DNA of 64,000 nt from Lama guanicoe (Eukaryota): positions 21,465,520 to 21,529,519 of the forward strand of contig MU055600.1 in assembly GCA_013239625.1 (NCBI GenBank), given 5' to 3'. Positions 23,781-37,209 of this stretch are shown here, piece after piece. The notes below the pieces were generated by a model. It worked only from the letters and a program-made list of their open reading frames with translations, searched no databases and was not told the origin of the DNA. Numbering within the stretch: the first letter of the stretch is position 1; each line of letters starts with the position of its first letter. The translations under genes and the position numbers were made by a program.

Positions 23781-25184
23781 AATCCAAACATATTTAAAAT
23801 GGGTCCTAAGATCAGATGAAAAGTTCTCCAGGGTTGAGAGGGGCCTGCCAGTGGCTGAAATTCACTCCAGGGTGGTCAGGTGGGGAATTAACCACTGAGA
23901 ACATAAGCCGCGCACCCAGGTTCACACAGGCCACTGGTGCAGCTGAGACTCGCACCAAGGCCGTCTCACTCCCGCATCGGTGTCCTAAGGCGCTGGCCTC
24001 CCAGAGCAGCAGCCGCAGCTCGCATTGAGCAGGGGCTTTCCGCGTGCCAGGCGCTGTTCTAGGCCCCTAGAAACCTGACATCAATTTAGCCCTGGCAGCA
24101 GCCCGTGGGAGCAGGCGCTCTGAGCACCCGTGGTCGGCGAGCAGCCTCGGACGCGGAGAGGAGGCGCAGCCGGCCCATCTGGGGAAACAAAAGGCCAGGT
24201 GACTCCCAAGCCCCAGAGTTACTACGAGGATGAGATGAGAGAACACACGTAAGAAACATGCACGTAATAGAGCCTCAGCAAGTGTCATTTTCAGTAAAAA
24301 GCCTCGCCTCAGCTCCCCCACCGCTGGCCTGGGCTTTGGTTTCTTTAAAACCAGAAGCTCCAGTGAGGGGCTCCCTAAGGTGTCTCCTGGCTGCGAACTT
24401 CCAAGCTTCCAAGCGCTAGGCTGCACAGTGAGGAGGCCTAACCCGGAGGAGCCAGATGGGGTGGGAGTGGGGGCAGTGGGGGGGGAGGGAGGCCCCAGGG
24501 ACGGGGGAGGACGGTCTGGGGGTGGGAGCGCCTGTGACGTGGTCCGGACCTGGGCCCCGGGCCTCGCTCCCGTGTTCCCAAATAGCTGTGAACTTCAAAT
24601 ACCAGACGCCAACTGACACATGAAAAGGAACACATGTAACCACTTACGGGCCAATTAATATCGGGCGGGCAGAAAGCCACAGGGCGGGGAGGCCGCTGAG
24701 GCTGAAGCGAGCAAGCTTCCGGCCCTCGGGCTGAAGTGGGTTATTATGTGTCATCAGGAAACTTGAGAAGGGGGGAAAAGCAACCTCTGATCAAAGCCCC
24801 TTTTGTCACCTTCGAGCAGATTAATAGACGACAGATTCTGCGCTTAGAACTCTGCTGAAGGTCAAGGGCGGTGAAGCAGCTCGGTGGGACTTTTTTCCTT
24901 CCTGCAGCTTCGAGGCTGCAGAGCTCATCGCTCTGACGGCCTGGCTGCCCGAGACAGCGCTGAGAAGGCCCGCCTTCCCCAGGGCTTCTATGGGGGAGAG
25001 CAGGGGCTCCTTTTTCAGTACAGACGAGCCAGGCTGTCTCCTGCCCGCGGCCCCTTCTCTGCGCAGGCTCCTGCTGGGGGTCCCTCTCTCCCTGCAGCCC
25101 CAAGCTCATCACGCCACGGCCCCCAGCTCCCCTGTTACAGCCTCGTGGTGACCCTCCATGGACCACGGAAGGAAGACACACTTC

Positions 25185-25590
25185 TAAAGCTGGCTTCAAA
25201 GTCCTTCAGTGACTTGGCCTGGCCCCCATCACCCCGGTGCATTGATATCAGCCACACCAGACTACTTGAAGCTCCTCAAATCCGCCTTGCCCTCTGCCTC
25301 CACAGGCCGACCTTCTCCGCCACTTTTCATCTTCCCGTCAATTTCCTAGACCTCCATCAAGGCTGTGCCAGTATCAGCTCCTTTGGGAAGCCTGTTCTGA
25401 CCCCTCTCCCCGGCCTGCCCCCCCAGCCCAAGGAGGTACTCTGACCTCTGTGACCCCCAGACCCTCACACGCACAGCGATTGGCATTTATAATAATTTAC
25501 CCTTATTCCAGGGCCACAATCTACCCATAGGCCCACATTCCCGCTCGGCTGTTTGCAGAGACTGGTGTGCTGCCTGGCGTGGAACGGGGC
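25185..25590 (+). mobile_element. L2 LINE fragment
   Basis: ctggcttcaaagtccttcagtgacttggcct...cagccacaccagactacttgaagctcc...cctttgggaagcctgttctgaccc. Confidence 0.7.
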
Positions 25591-25644
25591 TTCCTGTCAC
25601 GCAGAGACAGGGGCGCTCTGGTGACGCACCGAGGCGTGAGAGGT

Positions 25645-26200
25645 TGTGGGGAAGACCCCGATGTCGCCCTAATAGCCCCTACCCCGGCTGAAGCTGTGAC
25701 TCGCTCCTGACCAGCAGACAGTGGTGAAGGTGATGGGCTGTCACTGTCACGATCTGGTTACGTTGTGCGGCGAGGGTGAGAGGCTGGCGATCTCACGATG
25801 ACGTTGCTTTACAGCCAACTCTGCTGGCAGGTGGGAGTGAGCGGCCTCCTCGCCTGCCTGATGAAGTTAGCAGCCATGCTGAGGAAGCCCAGATGGCAAG
25901 CAACTGCGGGTGGGCAGGTGCAGGACGGCCTCCAGCTCCCAGCTAGTGAGGAGCAGGGCCCTTGGTCTTACAGCCACAACCCGAGTGAGCTTGGAAGTGG
26001 GCCCTTCTCCAGCGGGGTCTCCCGACAGGAACAGAACCCAGCCAAGGCCCCGATGGTGGCTTGATGAGGTCTGGTGCCGAGGACCAGCCAGGCCGTGCCT
26101 GGTGTCCTGACCCACAAGAGCTGCGAGATGATGGATGTGTGTCTCACGTTAAGTTGCTGCGTTTGTGCTGCCTGGCTGCCCAGCAATGAACAAGCTGTCA
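25645..26200 (+). mobile_element. MaLR solo LTR (MLT1E-like)
   Basis: gtgactcgctcctgaccagcaga...gtgatgggctgtcact...tacagccacaacccgagtgagcttggaagtgg...cctgacccacaagagctgcgagatgatggatgtgtgt. Confidence 0.85.
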
Positions 26201-26789
26201 GGAGAGCATTCTTGAAGACGCATCCTTTGGGGTCTGGAAGTCCCGCGCTGTCTTGGGGAAATTCATTTTCACTCCAATCAGCTGATGCATTGGCAAGAGA
26301 TATTTGGCAGCCAACTCAAAGCAAGACTCCAGAGTGAAAGTGCGGTCAGGCCCGGGGGGAGAGAGACTGAGAAAGATGAGACGCCCCAGGCAGACGGGGA
26401 GCAGGAAGGCGCCGGGCCTGCCGTCAGGCTCTGCACTCCAGCCTCGCAGATGGCTTGCTGGCAGGCTTCGGGCAAAGTAGCTCCCGTCTGAGCCTCCATG
26501 ACCTCACCCACAATCCAAGGGCACGAGCGGCTGCAGCCCCACAGCTCCCCTGGCTCTGGCGCTCGGAGTGGCCGGTGGTTCGGTTTCTCCCAGGAGCTCC
26601 ACGGCTCAGAGCGCACCCGGGCTTCCGCGTGTTCAGCCATTCAGTCATTCTAAGGACTGCTACCCGTGTAAAGCACATCTTTACCAACGCTGTTCAAAGA
26701 GAGAGAGACACAGAAGGAGCTAGGGGAGGGGGGCAGGAAGCGGTGCCTGCACCCCAGGCGGAAGCTCACGTCTGCCCGGAGAGCTTGCC

Positions 26790-27236
26790 TTTCCCGTGTG
26801 GAATATATTCCGTGTGCTCAGGGTGGGGCTCCGCGGGCCCCCTCCTCCGACCTCCGGGACAGTCCCATAGCCCAGGTTTGGCCAACCAGACCACCTCAAG
26901 TCACTGGCCACTGTGGCTGGTTCAAACCTGAGCATGAGTGCCAAGTGGGACGTGTCAGGACTTCTAACAGGACTTTGCTGACAGAGCTGGTGGGAAAGAG
27001 TCTCTTGCTGCCGGGGCTGCTAAGCTCACAGGATGTCAGTGTGGGGCGGCTGGGGGCTGCCTTGTGGAGCAAACTGCTCAGATCTGGAAAAGGGGGGCCT
27101 GGGAACACTGCGCCCCTGCATCCAGCCGTGTCTGAAGCCACCATCTGCCCTGACTCGACCTGATAAATTGTCTTTTTATTTAAAGCAGTTTGGGTTGGGT
27201 TTCTGCCACTTGAAACCGAAAGCATCTTAACGGATG
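26790..27236 (+). mobile_element. MaLR solo LTR (MLT1K-like)
   Basis: ctggccactgtggctggttca...catccagccgtgtctgaagcca...ataaattgtctttttatttaaagcagtttgggttgggtttctgccacttgaaaccgaaagcatcttaac. Confidence 0.8.
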
Positions 27237-28718
27237 TCGATAGTTATTCCAACTGAGCATATAATTTAGCTCTGGGTCTTCTGGAAGCCAAAGCAAACAG
27301 GGGGCCACGTTCCATCACAGAGTCTCCTCCTCTGATGTCATGACCCACCGTGCCAAGAAAGAGCCTTTGCTCGGGCGCTCGGGCCCCTCTCTCAGGGCCG
27401 CTCCCATTGGCGGCCCAGATCGCATCTTCCACAGCTGTTTCAGAAATGACGCAGAAACGTCCCTCATGTGGCTGGCTGCCTTGGGGCTGAATCTCGACTA
27501 GAGCTCAGCCGCAAAACCCAGCAGCAGTCAGTGCTCACAAAGACCTCCTAGGCTGTCACCCAGAGAGGCGCGGGGTCTGGCCACTCGCTGCCCCGGCCCC
27601 TCTTCCCAGAGCACCCCCAGGAGCATCTCCTCCGACTGCCGTCCTGAGGTTTGACTGCAATCCGTCAGTTCCTTGGTTGGAAGGTTGGTGTTTCCTTGCA
27701 AGGGACCACGAAGCCATATTACACTCGAAGTTAAATAAACAAATGTCTGAATCTGTGTTTTGTTGGTCCCATACCATCCGCCATCTGGTCTGGGGGAGCA
27801 AGGAAACCTGTGGCTTTGTTGGTTTGGGGTGTGTGTGTTGTTGTTGGGTTTTCGGTCTTTTTTCCCCTTTTCCCTGTGCAAATTCTCTGAGGTTGAGCGC
27901 TGGCAGCAGTGCGGGCTGGTTAAAAGCCACCTCGTTTCCCACGTCTTAACTCACAGCTGAATGTTGGAGGCTGGTCTGGGCCCCCATCTGCTAAGCAGCC
28001 TGTTGTGTGAAAGGAGAGCTGTGCATGTGCAAAGCCGGGCTTCCAAGATGTAAAGCACTGCTGTGAGCAAACCACAAGAGGGGCTTCCTGGGTGTTGACA
28101 GCCTGCACCCAGACCGAAGGCCGGAGCGGGGTGTGTGGAAAGGGAGCAGGGGAGGCCTGGGGTCTGGGCACCCCGGGGCCGGCTGGAGCAGCGGCCCCAC
28201 CTCCGAGGCCCGGGATGCTGGCGACCTTGAGCCTGTAATGACTTGAAGGAGAAAATATGTCCCAGACACTGAGTGGGAAGGACGCCCCGGCCTGCCTGGA
28301 ATCTTTAATCTGGAAAGTGCAGTGGTTGGGGGTGGGGGCACAAATTCCACGGTGCGGGTGGGGGAGGGCCCACGTCTCCGCCTCTCCTGTTGGCCCAGCT
28401 GCTTTTGGTCAACGGAGCCTGGAGCTGCTTAGAAGGGGGCGGAGGGGGGTTGGCTGGGGAGCACTCTGAGTTTCAATTTTCACGACTTTTAAACCAGGAC
28501 TTCAGCTTCCCCATCTGTAAAATGCAGGCTTGTGGCTGGGTCACAAACGCCCAGGCCACAGGCCAAGCAGGTGACGAGAGTGAGCAAGGCTGGCTGCGGT
28601 TGGGGGAACAGGGCAAGTCGGCTGAGGGGCACGGAGGCTCAACCGACAGTGGCGGGGGACCTGCAGGAGCCCAGCCCGGGGGCCAGACCTCCCTCCTCAG
28701 GAAAGGCCAGTTTTGTGG

Positions 28719-28845
28719 TTTTTTTTTTTTAATTTTTGTGGGGAGGTAATCAGGCTTTTATTTTTTACCAGCAACATTGAGGCCTGAACCCAAGACCTCG
28801 TGCACGCTAAGCACGTCCTCCACCACTGAGCTGTATCCTTCCCCC
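28719..28845 (-). mobile_element. tRNA-Ala-derived SINE (Vic-1-like), reverse
   Basis: poly-T, gggaggtaat, tgaacccaagacctcgtgcacgctaagcacgtcctccaccactgagctgtatccttccccc is the reverse complement of the same family as at 6642 and 17784. Confidence 0.85.
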
Positions 28846-31800
28846 AGGTTTTTTATGTGAAAACACCCAGTGTTTCAATGCTGACAGCTATTGCAATTAT
28901 TGAGAAAAAAATTTGAGCCCACAGAAGGCCCCCAGATCTCCAGTTGGTGACGCCTGTGGAAGAACTCCAGGAGAGAGCCATTGGGAAAAGCCAGGGGTGA
29001 GGACCGGCCCCTCCCGTGATGAGGGACAGGAAGGCCAGTCCAGGCACGGGGTCCGGCTCTCACCTGCATCGGCCTCAGGCAACATGGAGGAGCTCTGGCT
29101 CCTCCAGGCTTGGTCGCGGGGCGCGGGGAAGGGCCCTCCCTAAGGTGCCCTCCCTCGCTCCCTCCTCCCACCCTCAGTCCCCGGCGGGTGATTCCAGGGG
29201 TGCCCCAGCCGTACAGTGGCACAGTGAGTGTCCCAGGCGCTCGGACTCTGAGCTCCCCTGCTCTGTCTGCTGTGCACTGCGCTGTCGGGAAAGAAGCAAC
29301 CCCTGCCGTGTGCACACATGACGTCCCTGCTGTGCACACCCTCTGGGTCCCGCAGGCTGGCCCCCTCCCAGCCACCCCCAGACAGTATCACGAGTTAGCA
29401 GTGAGCAACCTGCACAAGGTGAGACCCAGCCACTTAACCCCTTGCGAGGACGTCACCTCCCCCGGCACAACGCGGAGCCGGCCTTCTGCCTCCGAAGCCA
29501 AGGAGCTTCTGGTCTGTTTTTTCCGGTTTTTGTTACTGTTTTCTAAGTGAGGTGTGACAAGGTCCTAGGTTCAGTTGACATCCTCAATAAAGAAACACAA
29601 TTCAGATTTTTTTCGGTGACAAAATCTGCATGTTTGTATTTCAAATAATGTAGACAAAACAAGGCAAATGCCTCCTTTTTTTCTTTCTTGGCTGAATGAG
29701 CATCATTCAGTAAGAAATCTTTATACTGTGTGTTCCGTGTGTTAAGAATACATGTATGTTAACTCCTGATAAATGTTAACACACACACACAGAGCAGGCA
29801 GGGGCCTGGCCTCCCGCTGGCCGCCATCTTGCTGCGCGGTCTCGGTGAGTCAGACTCCTCTGAGCCTCACTGGCCCCAACTGCCAACTGGATGGGGGTCA
29901 GCAGGCCCCTCCTTCTCCCTGCAGAGCGAGCACGTGGGGTGGGGAGCGGGCGGAGGGGAGGCAAGCATGTTAAGAACTCCATCACCAAAACACCACAGCA
30001 AGCAGACTCAAGGGCACGTAGGCAGAAAAGGCAGACAGACCTGAAGTCCACTTCTGGAAGCAAGAAGAGCCTGTGAGATCAGGGGCCAGGGGTAGGCCCC
30101 ACCGTCTCTGGGTCCCAGGAGCCTGGCGTGACACCTGCCCAGGCTGTACCCAGTCACTGTGGAAGTGACTCAGGTGAGGGTCTGCTGGAATGGCTCGACT
30201 GGGCTCTTCACAGCCCTTCCGCGCCCTCGAGCCCGGGACCAGCCTTCGAGGGAGGGTGAGGTAGACACTGTCCTTCTCCAGACAGAACCGGGAGCTGAGG
30301 CCCGGCCAGGTGAGAAGGCGGGGCAGCAGTGAGTTGGTGGGGAACCAAGCCTAGCTCCCAGGTCCCCTGCCTCCAGAACAATGCTCCTTTCTGAGCAGTG
30401 GCTCCCGGGGCCTCTCAACGCTTTCCTGGGGCAAATGGCCTGGAGGTGAAAAGTGTTCCCTGAAAGACCTAGGGAGCGCTTTAAAGAGTAACTAACTAGC
30501 CGATTTGGTGTTAAATCAGACCCGGACTTACACCAGATTCCAACACAGAGGCAGGACCAGGCATCGAAGTTTTAAGAAAATCTGTGGGAGACAAAATTAA
30601 AGTGCAGGGAATTCGACTGCTCACGGAATTTCGTCCTATTCTCTGCCTTGCAGCACTGTGTGATTTTTCCAAGGGTAACAGCCTCGCCCAGCTCTTACAA
30701 GAGGTGCACCCCATCGGCGCTCGCTGTGACCCGCCCGGGTCCCGGGACTTCCTGGCGGGCGGGCGGGCTGGGCCCCTCAGGCGGACTCGAGCCCTGGGGC
30801 CGGGGAGAGGCGAGCGCTGACACGCGCTCGCAGGCAGCACACGCACCGAAGAGAGGAACCCGCAGTCGGTCTGGGCCGGCCCCAAGCTGAGGAAGAAACT
30901 TCGAAGAGTGACTGCCCGTGTCAGTAAATCAAGACGTGGGATGCAAGCCACTTCCCCCGCCAGCGCTGTGTGAGGAACAGCAGGTGCCTGCAGCCCTGGG
31001 AGGGAGCAGCCCCCATCGCCCTTTTGCGGATGTAAAACCCACTCAGACGCCAAGGGGCTTACCAAGGGTCCAGCTAGTGAGAAGCAGGGCTGGAGAGGCA
31101 CCCAGGTCTACCGCCCCACCACCGCCGTGGACCCCACCCTCCAAGGACCCTGGACGCTGAGGTCTGCAGACCCTGGCCCTCGGGGGGTCCAGGCTGCCGG
31201 CCGCTTCCCGCGCTTCCATCTGCCCCGTCAACTCCAGCCGAGCGTCTGGGACGGGCCCCACACACTTCCGGGGCTCCTTTCCCCAGAAGGAGGTTCTGCA
31301 CCGTCCTCTGAGAGCCGTGGCCTTCATCTAGACACCCTCTCGGGGGCTCAAACTGAATCACAGGGCCCAGACCACGTTTCAGAAAACACCCCACAGGATC
31401 TTCGACCACCAGCAATGAGACCTCCTCATGCAGAAGGCTCTTCCCTCGTGGAAGCCCCGCCCCCCGCTCCCCGCTCTCCCAGGTGGGAAGGCAGCAGCCT
31501 TAGCCCCCGGGGCCGCCGCACTGAAGTCACTGAGCCCTCTTCAATCTGATCCCCTGCGGGGGTCATTTAGCCTCTATCGGCCAGCTCCTGCCACAGGGAG
31601 CTCACTGCCTCCCAGGTAAGCCCTCACGATTCAGACCACACTAGGCACTGGGCGTGCTTCCTCCCGCGAGCGGCGTCTGCCTCCCTGCTCGTGAGGACCC
31701 ACGGTTCTCATCTACTGAGACTCACAGGAGAAGGCAAACAGCTCCTCAAATTCGCAGCCACAACTTGCAGCAAAGGCAGCAATTTCTAACCTCGGTGGGA

Positions 31801-33989
31801 CCCCAATCTCTGCGTGCTGGGGCAGTCACTTCTGCTCTCTTCGGTCTCCACGTCTCACCTGCAAGCTGGGGAAGGCTGGACAGAGCGAGCCGACTCCCCT
31901 TCCAGGTTTGTCCTTGCGCTCCTGCCAGCGGGGACCTGGCGAGGACCCGAGGCCTGTGAGAGCCAGCAGCCTGGAGACCAGAAACAGAGTCTGTCTCCGC
32001 TGTGTGACTTCCACCCATGGAGACAAGAGAGCATCGCAAAGACATGAGCACAACCTGAGCGAGGAGGCCCACTCGCCGCAGCCGAGGGGGGCACAGCTGG
32101 CTGGGGTCCAACACGTTTCCACGGAGAAGGAGAGCTGGTAGCAGGAAGGCGTCCCGGGGGGGCAGGAGGAGCTGGAACCGAGACGTCGGAGACAAGGGTG
32201 CCGGGCCCAGCCCGGTCGCCGACTAGCCAGCTGATCTTCGCATGTGGCTTTGACCTCCGGCTCCTGGGTTCCTTCCTCTGCTAAATGAGAGACATTGGAG
32301 CAGCTAATCCCCGAGCTCAAGGAGTCAGAGACTCAGTGGAAAACATGGAAGTGAGCCGAGAAAACAGCCTGGAGTTTGGTCCGTTTCAGGAACGCCCTCC
32401 TCGAGGCTGGCGGGCACGTGGCACCACACAGACGTGGACGAAGCACTGGGAAGGGGGACACCACATGTCTGTCATCACAGAGGCCTGGTGCCAGCCCAGG
32501 GAGGCCCCTCCCGGGGAGGGGAGGGCACGAGGGCTAGTGCGGCAGAAGCCAAGGCTGGACTCGGGTCTGGGGTCCACCACAGCCAACCAGGAGCCTTAGG
32601 CACATCCCGTAACCTCTCCAAGCCTCGCCCTTAGCTCGAGGAGCGGTCCCTCCTCCTGCGTGGAGTTGCTGTGAGGCCGAAAAGGCTCACGAGCCTGGCG
32701 CACGGGAGGAGCCGGGCTGCAGGCTGCGGAGGTCGAAGCTGACCACGCGTGCGCCTGCCTGGAAGGCATCAGCCTTAGTGATGTCCTGGACTCTTTCAGT
32801 CTTGGGCAGCCTGGAAGGACCTTGATCCTACATCTGGCTCAGAAACACACTGCTCTCTCTCTCTCTGCCCCTCTCTTTCTCAGACACACACGCAATAAAT
32901 GACAGCGAAACCGCCGTCAGCGGGGTGTCCCCAGGCATAGGAAAATGTGCAGAGCAAGCACCTGATGCAATGAATCAAACTGTGGGGTCCAAATCCGAGC
33001 CAGGGTCCAACTTCCCGCTCCAGCCGCGTCTGAGCCTGGGCCGGGCTCTCTGTTCCTGCAGCCAGCAATAGCAGCGGGTGGTTCTGGCCAACGACTCGGG
33101 CCACTCGAAGGTAGCTGACCTCTTCTTGGGAGCTTGGGAGTGCCCAGAGCGGAAGGGAGAGAGAACCAGACTGCTGGCCATGGGATGTTTAGCTCAGCTG
33201 AGCCAAGGGGATGGCTATCAAACCTGGCTGTGGCAAGTCGCTGCGACTCGCAGAGCATGAGTGAGGGAAGGGACCGTGGAACACGGAGGTGTGCACAGAG
33301 ATCCCCAAGGCGGCGGGTGGAGACTCCAGCTCTCAGTACGCCTCGGCTCCTGGTTGCTGGGTGACTCGGGCAAGTGGCCTCGGCTTTACCAGAGGAAGCA
33401 GGCGGCTGAGGTTGCCAGGGAGCCTTTTCGCTGAATTTCTCTCCCGAGGTTGAGTTAGCCTGCTTCCCACTGGGCTTCCATTCATTCCAAGAGAGCAGTT
33501 AACTGAGTGTTGATGGCGCTCGTGCTGGGCGCTGGTCGGGCCAAGGAGAAAGACATGGCTCCTGTTTTACGGCTGCCAAAGGGCTCTCAGTCTTATGAAG
33601 GGAAGCATATATTGAATCAAATACATATAACACAAGACAACACGCACCATGGTAGCAGCCCATCCTCCCGGGAGGTCTGGGGAAGGGTCCACAGAGCAGA
33701 GGGACACCTGCGTGAGAGCCTGAGGAATGAGTGAGAACTTTCCAAAATACTGAAGGCAGAGGGCACAATAGAAGCCTGGTCAGAGGGTGTAGGGTCAGTG
33801 GGTATGCACTGGAGGGTGGAGGGACCCAGGCCAGAAAGACAAGCTGGGGACAGCGTGAGCACTCAGGAAAGGCAGCCAGAGAGCCTCCTCTGCGCTGCGG
33901 GTGACGGGGGCCGGTGAAGGTTTCCGGCAGATCTGTGTCTTAGGGCCGTTTGGTTTGGCAGCAGCGTACGCCTCCCAGATGAAGACACC

Positions 33990-34060
33990 ACAGCCCCCAG
34001 GCCAAATCTGGCCCCCAGCTTGGCTTTTTATGGCCTGTGAACTTAAAAATATTTTATAAT
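33990..34060. mobile_element. MER58/MER33-type MITE fragment, truncated by the adjacent L1
   Basis: caggccaaatctggcccccagcttggctttttatggcctgtgaacttaaaaatatttt. Confidence 0.65.
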
Positions 34061-34495
34061 TTTTTACCATAGCTTTATGGAGATAGAATTCGCATCCCAT
34101 ACAATTCACTCATTGCCAGTTTGCCTTTCGATGGCTCGGCGCGCTCAGCGCTGGGCAACCACGACCACTGTCAATTTTAGAACAGCTTCCTCTCTTCAAG
34201 AAGAAACCCTGTTCCCTTTAGCTGTCTCTCCCTCTTCTCCCCAGTCATCCCCAGCCCTACTTTCTGTCTCCAGGGATTTGCCTGTTCTGGGGATGTCGTG
34301 CACGTGGAATCTATGATCCATGGTGTTTAGTATCTGACTTCTCTCACTTACCACAGCGTTTCCGAGCGCCGCCGGGCTACGGCGCAGAGCAGAACTGCGC
34401 TGCTTTCCACGGCTGAATAACATTCCACTGGATGATGCACCACATTTTGCTCATCTATTCATCAGTCAATGGACCTTTGTGTCGTCTCCACCAAG
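34060..34495 (-). mobile_element. L1MB-like 3' end, reverse
   Basis: agctttatggagatagaattcgcatcccatacaattcactcatt...ctactttctgtctccagggatttgcctgttctgg...ggctgaataacattccactggatg...ctattcatcagtcaatggac. Confidence 0.9.
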
Positions 34496-35334
34496 GAGGA
34501 CCGTGCACCGTGGATGTGTGTGGCTCCCCAAGTCTGAGTAGCTGCGCCAGCCCTGCACAGACCGATGCAGAGCCTGGGGAGCAGGGAGGCAGGGTGGGGC
34601 TCTGACAGGTCCCAAGTGAGAGGCGATGGTGGCCTCGACTAGGGGAAAGGAAACCGATTTGGGGTCATCAAGTCAGCTGGACTTGGCAACAGATCGGATG
34701 TTTGGTTGAGGAAAATCCATTTACCATAAAGAAACTGAAAGTCAGGAAGTGGGTTGAGCTGTCTGTGGTGAAGTCACTGGCTGATGGCAAAGCTCCGCCA
34801 CGAATCCAGCTCCCCTCCTGCCCACAACACCTAGACGTGTGCGCTTTCTGATCATGGCTAACGGGGAAGCCGCCTGAGCTGGCAGCCTTGGCCTTGCTGG
34901 GTGAGGCTCCCAGCACTGAGCTAGCCAGCCACAGGCATGCGTCGCACACTGGCGTGGTACCTGGTGACGGGCTGGCGCTGTGCCCCGGAGCCACCTGGAG
35001 TGTGAGCGCCTCATGCATCCCTCAAAACGCCTCCCCAGGTGTCTCTGATCAAACACCTGCCTCCGGGCCGCATGGATCCATCCCTCCCTCCTGTGCTGTC
35101 TTCCTCGACCCCTCCCAGTCCTCCCTCCAAGCCTGTCAACTGTGCTGCGCTGGTCGCTGGGCAGAGGCACAGTCCTGCTCAGGTGCAAAGTGGAAGCGGC
35201 CACGGTGCCCCTACCAAGCTGGCCTGGGAGAGCAGGAGCCGCGGGTGCCAAGCTCCTCGGGGGCCAGGCCAGTCCCCCGGGTACCAAATGAGCGAAGACA
35301 AGGTGTCTCCTCTGCAGTACTTGTCTCCTATAAC

Positions 35335-35775
35335 GGTGCCTTCCAATCTCCTTCAGCTCCTCTGGTTTCAAAGGAATCTGAAGTCTGGCTTGGCCCTGAA
35401 GGCTCTTCCCCGCAGGACCTCAGCATACCTCTTCAGCCAGACCTCTCCCATTCCCCGTCTACACTCGCTGCTTCCCATACCTCCTTGTTCTCAAACTCGC
35501 CACGCCTCTCCCACCTCTGAGCCTCCCCCGGGATCCTCCTTCTCCCAGCGTTGTCCTTCTCCACTCCCATCTGCAGTCAGAAAACTCCTGTTTATCCTTC
35601 AAAACCCATTCAAATATTCTGCATCCGGACAGTCCCTGCCTCTAGCTCTGTTCACAACGCTGGCCACCTGCATTGTGACAGTCCTTCCTTGTGTCTTTCT
35701 CCCCCACTAGCCTGTGCCTTTTGTCTGTCTGCTGGCCCATGGTCGGTGCCCGCTAAATATTTGCTGAGTGACCGA
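35335..35775 (+). mobile_element. L2 LINE 3' fragment
   Basis: aaactcctgtttatccttcaaaaccca...gctaaatatttgctgagtga tail. Confidence 0.7.
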
Positions 35776-37209
35776 CCAAGTGATGGAGACGGCAAACGTT
35801 CGTTCCCCTTGGACTTCGGTTTCAAGGGGACTTTCGTCCTCAAAGCCCCTCAGGCTGCTTCAGAGGAAGCTGCTCCCAGCCTCGCTGCTTTCTCTTCTAT
35901 TGATCCTGGGATTTATGGCCCCGTTGTCTCCTTTTATTAGGCTGTAATGGCCTCTGTTAAAACGTGTTACATGGAAATGGGCTAATTAAGTGTGTCCAGT
36001 AAGTCGGCATCCCGCAGAGTGGCCGGCCCTCCGCGGGCAGAGTCCTGGTGCCTCACGGAGGAGGGGCCGACGGGGGACGGGCGGGGAGAGCTTGTCCCCC
36101 TCACCCCTGGCTCTCAGGGCGGCGGCGGCGGCGCTCCCCGCCCCCCGGGTCAGTGGCCCGGCCCTGTTGCTCTGGGAGCCTCTGGGGCCAGTCTCCGAGT
36201 GGCTTTGTTTGCCTGCGAGGTCAGAGTTGAAGCACCCACACCGGGGAGTGCGAGTCCCGCTCCTCGAGCTAAGACTGGCCTCGGTCCTCACGGAGGGGAC
36301 AGGGCGCCCGCCCGTCCAGGGGAACGTCCTGCAGCAGGCCTGAGGGCCAGACTCTGCAGGGGCGCCTGTGCCCCTCTCCCCTCTCTGTCTCCAAGGCAGC
36401 CACCGTTCCCAGCGCTCGCAGGCTTGCAGGAGGCCACGCTGGCGGGAGGCACCCCAGGGCAGTGCCGCCTTTTGAGGGATTTCTGACACGTCCTGCTGGG
36501 CTCTTCTGGTCCCGGGGGGATTGAGGATTTGGCGGTACTCTCAGGAGAGGAAAACCCTTGAGGAATGGGACAGGAACTCCCGAACTTTCTGGTTTTGCTC
36601 CGCCCGAGTGAAACCTCACCGTCTGCTTGGCTGAATCTAGTCGTCCAGGCCCAGCCACGGTCACTGCTTTCTCCCCCTGGAACTTCTGCAGATGGACTGT
36701 CTCCGGGAGAGTGTCTCAGAGTCTGCAGGTTGGCAGCGGGGGTCTGTGCTCAAAGAAGCCTGGGGACACTGTTAACAGAGTTAGGACTCCTCAGCCCGCG
36801 CCGTGGTCACGTGCGCTCTCAGGGAAGGTGTGGCCAGCCCGCCTTCCTCCTCAGCCTCCCCCACCCCAGTGTCCTGCGTCCGTGGCCTTCGCCACGGGAC
36901 TAGGCGAGGCCGCGGGCACTTCTAGTCCCCACGGGCGCTCAGCTTGGCCGCGTGACTGACCGTGGCCAGCGGGAGGTGGGCGGCGGGGGGCGTCTCAGGG
37001 CTGAAATGGGACCGGGCAGGGCAAGTGCCCACTAGCTTTTCCTCGCTGCCGTGTTATTGTCCCGGCCATGTCCCCCAGCAGCCACTGGCCCAGAGCGCAG
37101 CTGCTGGAGGATCGCACAGCCGAGCTGTGACCCCAGGCGGAGCGGCCCCGGGCAGCCCTGGGGCTGAGCAGGCGGCCCCGAGGTGCTTTGCCACTTGGCG
37201 ATCACTGGC

